NCBI GenBank assembly: GCA_041688045.1
Contig: JBDNIX010000254.1
Span: forward strand, 1 to 37,980
Origin: Nitriliruptoraceae bacterium
Lineage (GTDB): Bacteria; Actinomycetota; Nitriliruptoria; Nitriliruptorales; Nitriliruptoraceae
Reading direction: 5' to 3'
DNA length: 37,980 nucleotides
A model generated the notes under the pieces. The model made no database searches and was not told where the DNA came from. It was given only the letters and a program-made list of their open reading frames with translations. Made by a program: the position numbers and the translations under genes. Positions 34,901 through 37,980 of this stretch are shown here, piece after piece (the stretch's first letter is position 1; each line of letters starts with the position of its first letter).

Positions 34901-35524
34901 TCAGCCGTTGTACCGGCCGAGGGCGACCACCCACGGCCGCCGACGGTCAAGGATCGGATCGGGGCGAACCTCGACCGAGATGTCGGTGAGTCCATGCGAC
35001 GCGAACAGTGCCTCGACCTCCGCCTCGACCGCTTCGGAGATATGTACGGCGCCGACGACACCGTCGTCGATGGCGACCAGATCGCGGGTCCCCCGGTAGC
35101 AGGACAGATAGACCGGCCCCGATGCCACGAGTCGCAGCAGTGAGGCAAACGTCTCCCGCCAGTCCGATCGCGGCAGGTTGGTGAACGCCCCAGACAACCA
35201 CAGACCGCCGAAGGACCGGGAGCGGAAGGGAAGATCCTGGAGCGGCGCCTGCACGAGTGGGTGTCGAGGCAGCAGCAGCCTTGCCTGCCGAAGCGCACCG
35301 AAGGCCAGATCTACCCCGACCGGGTGGACGCCGGCGTCCCGCAGCAGGCGCAGATCGGTTGCCGGCCCGCACCCGCCGTCGAGGACCAGATCGTGCCGCT
35401 GGGCCATATCGGCGAACCGACGGACATCCGCCACGGGCCGCCGCAGCCGCAGCGACGCGTGGTATTCGGCGGCATGCACGTCGTACGCGGCGATGCTCGC
35501 CAGCGTGCGATCGTCGACGTCCAC
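34901..35524 (-). CDS. Class I SAM-dependent methyltransferase
   Basis: Motif I VLDGGCGPATDLRLL, with a motif post-I/II-like spacing (FGGLWLSGAF). Substrate unknown. Confidence 0.7.
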   Translation of the reverse strand: MDVDDRTLASIAAYDVHAAEYHASLRLRRPVADVRRFADMAQRHDLVLDGGCGPATDLRLLRDAGVHPVGVDLAFGALRQARLLLPRHPLVQAPLQDLPFRSRSFGGLWLSGAFTNLPRSDWRETFASLLRLVASGPVYLSCYRGTRDLVAIDDGVVGAVHISEAVEAEVEALFASHGLTDISVEVRPDPILDRRRPWVVALGRYNG

Positions 35525-35554
35525 CGGACGACTCCTGTTGCGGTCCGGACGATG

Positions 35555-35917
35555 CTAGTGGAGACCTTCGAGCGGACCCGCGGGTCGGCCGAGGTCGGCG
35601 ACCGATGCCGCCAGACGAAGGATCTCGTCCAGGCGGGTGATCCGGAACAGCTGTGTCAGCCGGGATCGTGAGCAGATCACCGCCACCTCACCGTCCTGAG
35701 CAGCGGCCCGCTTCAGCCCGCCGACGATCACGCCCAAACCAAACGAATCGAGGAACTCGACCCCATCCAGGTCCAACGCCACGAACCGCACATCACCCTG
35801 CTGCGCCTCGATCAACGCCTGCCGCAGCTGCGGCGCCGTCGCGACGTCAACGACCCCGACCAGCGTCAGGACCGTCCATCCTGCATCGTCGCTCTGCTCG
35901 ATCCGCAACGGTTCCAT
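35555..35917 (-). CDS. STAS-domain protein (anti-sigma-factor antagonist, SpoIIAA-like)
   Basis: 120 aa: TVLTLVGVVDVATAPQLRQAL...VALDLDGVEFLDSFGLGVIVGGLKRA...LTQLFRITRLDEI. The phospho-acceptor-type DSFG motif is present. Only the last 120 codons of track ORF 35555..36724 are used. Confidence 0.8.
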   Translation of the reverse strand: MEPLRIEQSDDAGWTVLTLVGVVDVATAPQLRQALIEAQQGDVRFVALDLDGVEFLDSFGLGVIVGGLKRAAAQDGEVAVICSRSRLTQLFRITRLDEILRLAASVADLGRPAGPLEGLH

Positions 35918-35932
35918 CGGTGAGCGAGCCCC

Positions 35933-37980
35933 ATGAACTGGACGAACGGTGGTCTCCGGGGACCGTACCGGGGCGGGGGTACCGTCCGGCAGATCGACCG
36001 CGAGGAGAACACGACGGACCCGCGAGACGTGCTGGAACTCCTGGGGCGCACCGGCGCGTCCGGGGCCGCCGAGGTGCGCCGTGACGACGAAGGCCTGGTC
36101 CACCTCACGCACCTCCCGGCCCGCGAAGCCCGCCTCGTCGCCGTGCCCGACGACCTGCCGAAGGCCTTCCGGTCGCGGCTGGAACTGGCCGGCATCACCC
36201 ACCTGTGGTCCCACCAGGCCGAAGCACTCCACCGTGCCCGTGCGGGCGAGCACCTGGTCATCGCCACCGGAACCGCGTCCGGCAAGAGCCTCGCGTACCA
36301 CCTGCCGGTGGTCGAGCGGCTGCTGACCGACGACACCGCCGCGGCCCTCTATCTCGCTCCGACCAAGGCGCTGGCACACGATCAGCTGCGTGCCGTCCGG
36401 GGCCTGAAGTTGCCCCAGATACGTGCCGCAGTGTTGGACGGCGACGTGTCCGGTCCCGAGCGCGACGCCGTGCGCCGCACCGCCAACTGGATCCTGACCA
36501 ACCCGGACCTGCTCCACCACTCGCTGCTCCCCAACCACCGATGGTGGGGCGATCTGCTGCACCGGCTGGCGTTCGTGATCGTCGACGAGTCGCACATCGC
36601 GCGAGGCGTGTTCGGTGGACACGTGTCGCTGGTGCTGCGGCGATTGCGTCGGTTGGCGGAACGCTACGACGCCGCCCCCACGTTCCTGCTGGCCAGCGCC
36701 ACGATCGGCAACCCCGGTCGACACGCAGCCGCACTCACGGGACTACAGGTCGGCGAGGTCACCGAAGACGGATCTCCGCGAGGTCCCCTCGATCTCGGCC
36801 TGTGGCGTCCCCCCTTCAAGGACAGCGACATCGAGGTGGCAGACGCACCGGGTGAGCGCACCGCCGACACCGCGCGGCGATCCCTCCTCCGCGAGAGCGG
36901 GGATCTGCTGGCCGCGTTCGTCGCCGCGGACGTCCAGACGTTGGTCTTCACCCGCAGCCGCAAGGGCGCCGAGGTCGTGGCCGTGGCCGCCGGCGAGCGG
37001 CTCGGCGACGCCCGCGACGACGTTGACGGGAGTCGTCTGGCCGATCGCGTCAGCGCCTACCGGGCGGGCTACCTCGCGGAGGAACGGCGCGCACTGGAGG
37101 ATGGCCTGCGCAGCGGCCGGCTGCTGGGTGTCGCCGCGACCGAAGCGCTGGAGTTGGGTATCGACGTCAGCGGACTCGATGCCGTCATCCTCGCCGGATG
37201 GCCCGGTACGACGTCATCGTTCTGGCAACGCATCGGCCGGGCAGGGAGAACCGGAGGTGCAGCAGTCGGCGTGTTCGTGGCGCAGGAGGATCCGCTGGAC
37301 AGCTACCTCGTCACCCATCCGGACGACCTGCTCTCGCGGTCACCGGAGGATGCGATCATCGACCCGGCCAACCCGTACCTGTTGGGGCCTCACCTGCGCT
37401 GCGCCTGCCAGGAGGTGCCCCTCGACGACGACGAGGCCATCGCCTGGTTCGGCCCGACGGCACCTGCATTGCTGCGGGAGGACACCGACCGAGGGATCCT
37501 CCGCCGTCGCGGAGACAAGCACTACTGGATGTCGCGGAAGCGGGCGTCCGCGCAGGTCAATCTCCGATCCGTTGGTGGTGACCCGATCAGGATCGTGGAC
37601 GGCGAGACGGGTGCGCTGATCGGGGACGTCGATGCAAGCCGTGCGCACCGCCAGGTGCATACCGGCGCGATGTACCTCCATCAGGGTCGCCAGTTCGAGG
37701 TGCAGGAGCTCGACCTCGACCGGCGGGTGGCGGTCGTGCAGGCCGCACCGACGTCCACGCTGACCACCCGTCCCCGGTCCGACACGGACGTCCACATCCT
37801 GGAGGAGCTGGAAGGGACCTCATGGGAGGAGGTCGACGTACGCCTTGGCAGCGTCCAGGTCACGACCCAGGTCACCGGCTACGACGTGCTGAGGATCGGC
37901 TCTTCAAAGGTCCTCGAACGCGTCGATCTGGATCTCCCGGCGATGGAACTGCGGACCGTCGCCGTCTGGTACGTCGTGCC
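35933..37980 (+). CDS. DEAD/DEAH-box helicase of the YprA/MrfA-like type, 3' end outside the window
   Basis: It is absent from the ORF track because no stop is reached. Hand translation of the frame containing ATG 35933 gives HQAEAL, Walker A ATGTASGKSL, PTKALAHDQ, VIVDESH, LLASATIGNP, FTRSRKG and FWQRIGRAGRTG, then the start of a C-terminal MrfA-like region. The exact start is uncertain. Confidence 0.85.
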   Translation, partial: MNWTNGGLRGPYRGGGTVRQIDREENTTDPRDVLELLGRTGASGAAEVRRDDEGLVHLTHLPAREARLVAVPDDLPKAFRSRLELAGITHLWSHQAEALHRARAGEHLVIATGTASGKSLAYHLPVVERLLTDDTAAALYLAPTKALAHDQLRAVRGLKLPQIRAAVLDGDVSGPERDAVRRTANWILTNPDLLHHSLLPNHRWWGDLLHRLAFVIVDESHIARGVFGGHVSLVLRRLRRLAERYDAAPTFLLASATIGNPGRHAAALTGLQVGEVTEDGSPRGPLDLGLWRPPFKDSDIEVADAPGERTADTARRSLLRESGDLLAAFVAADVQTLVFTRSRKGAEVVAVAAGERLGDARDDVDGSRLADRVSAYRAGYLAEERRALEDGLRSGRLLGVAATEALELGIDVSGLDAVILAGWPGTTSSFWQRIGRAGRTGGAAVGVFVAQEDPLDSYLVTHPDDLLSRSPEDAIIDPANPYLLGPHLRCACQEVPLDDDEAIAWFGPTAPALLREDTDRGILRRRGDKHYWMSRKRASAQVNLRSVGGDPIRIVDGETGALIGDVDASRAHRQVHTGAMYLHQGRQFEVQELDLDRRVAVVQAAPTSTLTTRPRSDTDVHILEELEGTSWEEVDVRLGSVQVTTQVTGYDVLRIGSSKVLERVDLDLPAMELRTVAVWYVV

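Noticed and set aside
35918-36724. Upstream 269 codons of the 389-aa minus-strand ORF 35555..36724
   Set aside because: Only the last 120 codons, from ATG 35917, form a STAS domain. The rest is antisense to the helicase gene and has no protein-like features.

Overview
A 38 kb segment of a very GC-rich chromosome (roughly 70% GC by eye, not computed), most likely Actinomycetota. Most of it is conserved housekeeping DNA. On the minus strand, 14 co-directional genes run from a small membrane protein to a LOG-family gene: DUF2342 metalloprotease, tilS, hpt, ftsH, folE, folP, folB, folK, a DUF2520 gene, panC, coaX, lysS, LOG. clpC and a DtxR/IdeR repressor follow on the same strand. A second minus-strand block is topA, an MFS-tmk fusion and holB. 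An H+-pyrophosphatase, a CPA1 Na+/H+ antiporter, a methyltransferase, a STAS protein and a DEAH helicase make up the right-hand end. The helicase runs off that end and is missing from the ORF track.

The only accessory-looking part is about 18.8-24.3 kb. It holds a split secreted hydrolase-like gene, an ectCBA ectoine cluster, a UPF0104-type membrane protein, a decayed tyrosine-recombinase remnant and tRNA-Thr(CGT), which the ORF track also does not show.

The main observations:
- ectA and ectB form one reading frame, and a 7-nt homopolymer decides whether they are fused.
- ectB itself carries a 1-nt frameshift and a 12-nt tandem-repeat tail.
- The integrase remnant, together with a weak tRNA-like repeat, suggests ectABC sits on a ~4.5 kb tRNA-linked islet.
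- FolP appears to have a ~110-aa N-terminal extension.
- Several perfect repeats and palindromes lie in the divergent promoter regions.

I found no CRISPR array, intact mobile element or recognisable defence system. Many long ORFs in the track are antisense or off-frame shadows typical of high-GC DNA. All family assignments come from motif recognition by eye, since no searches could be run.
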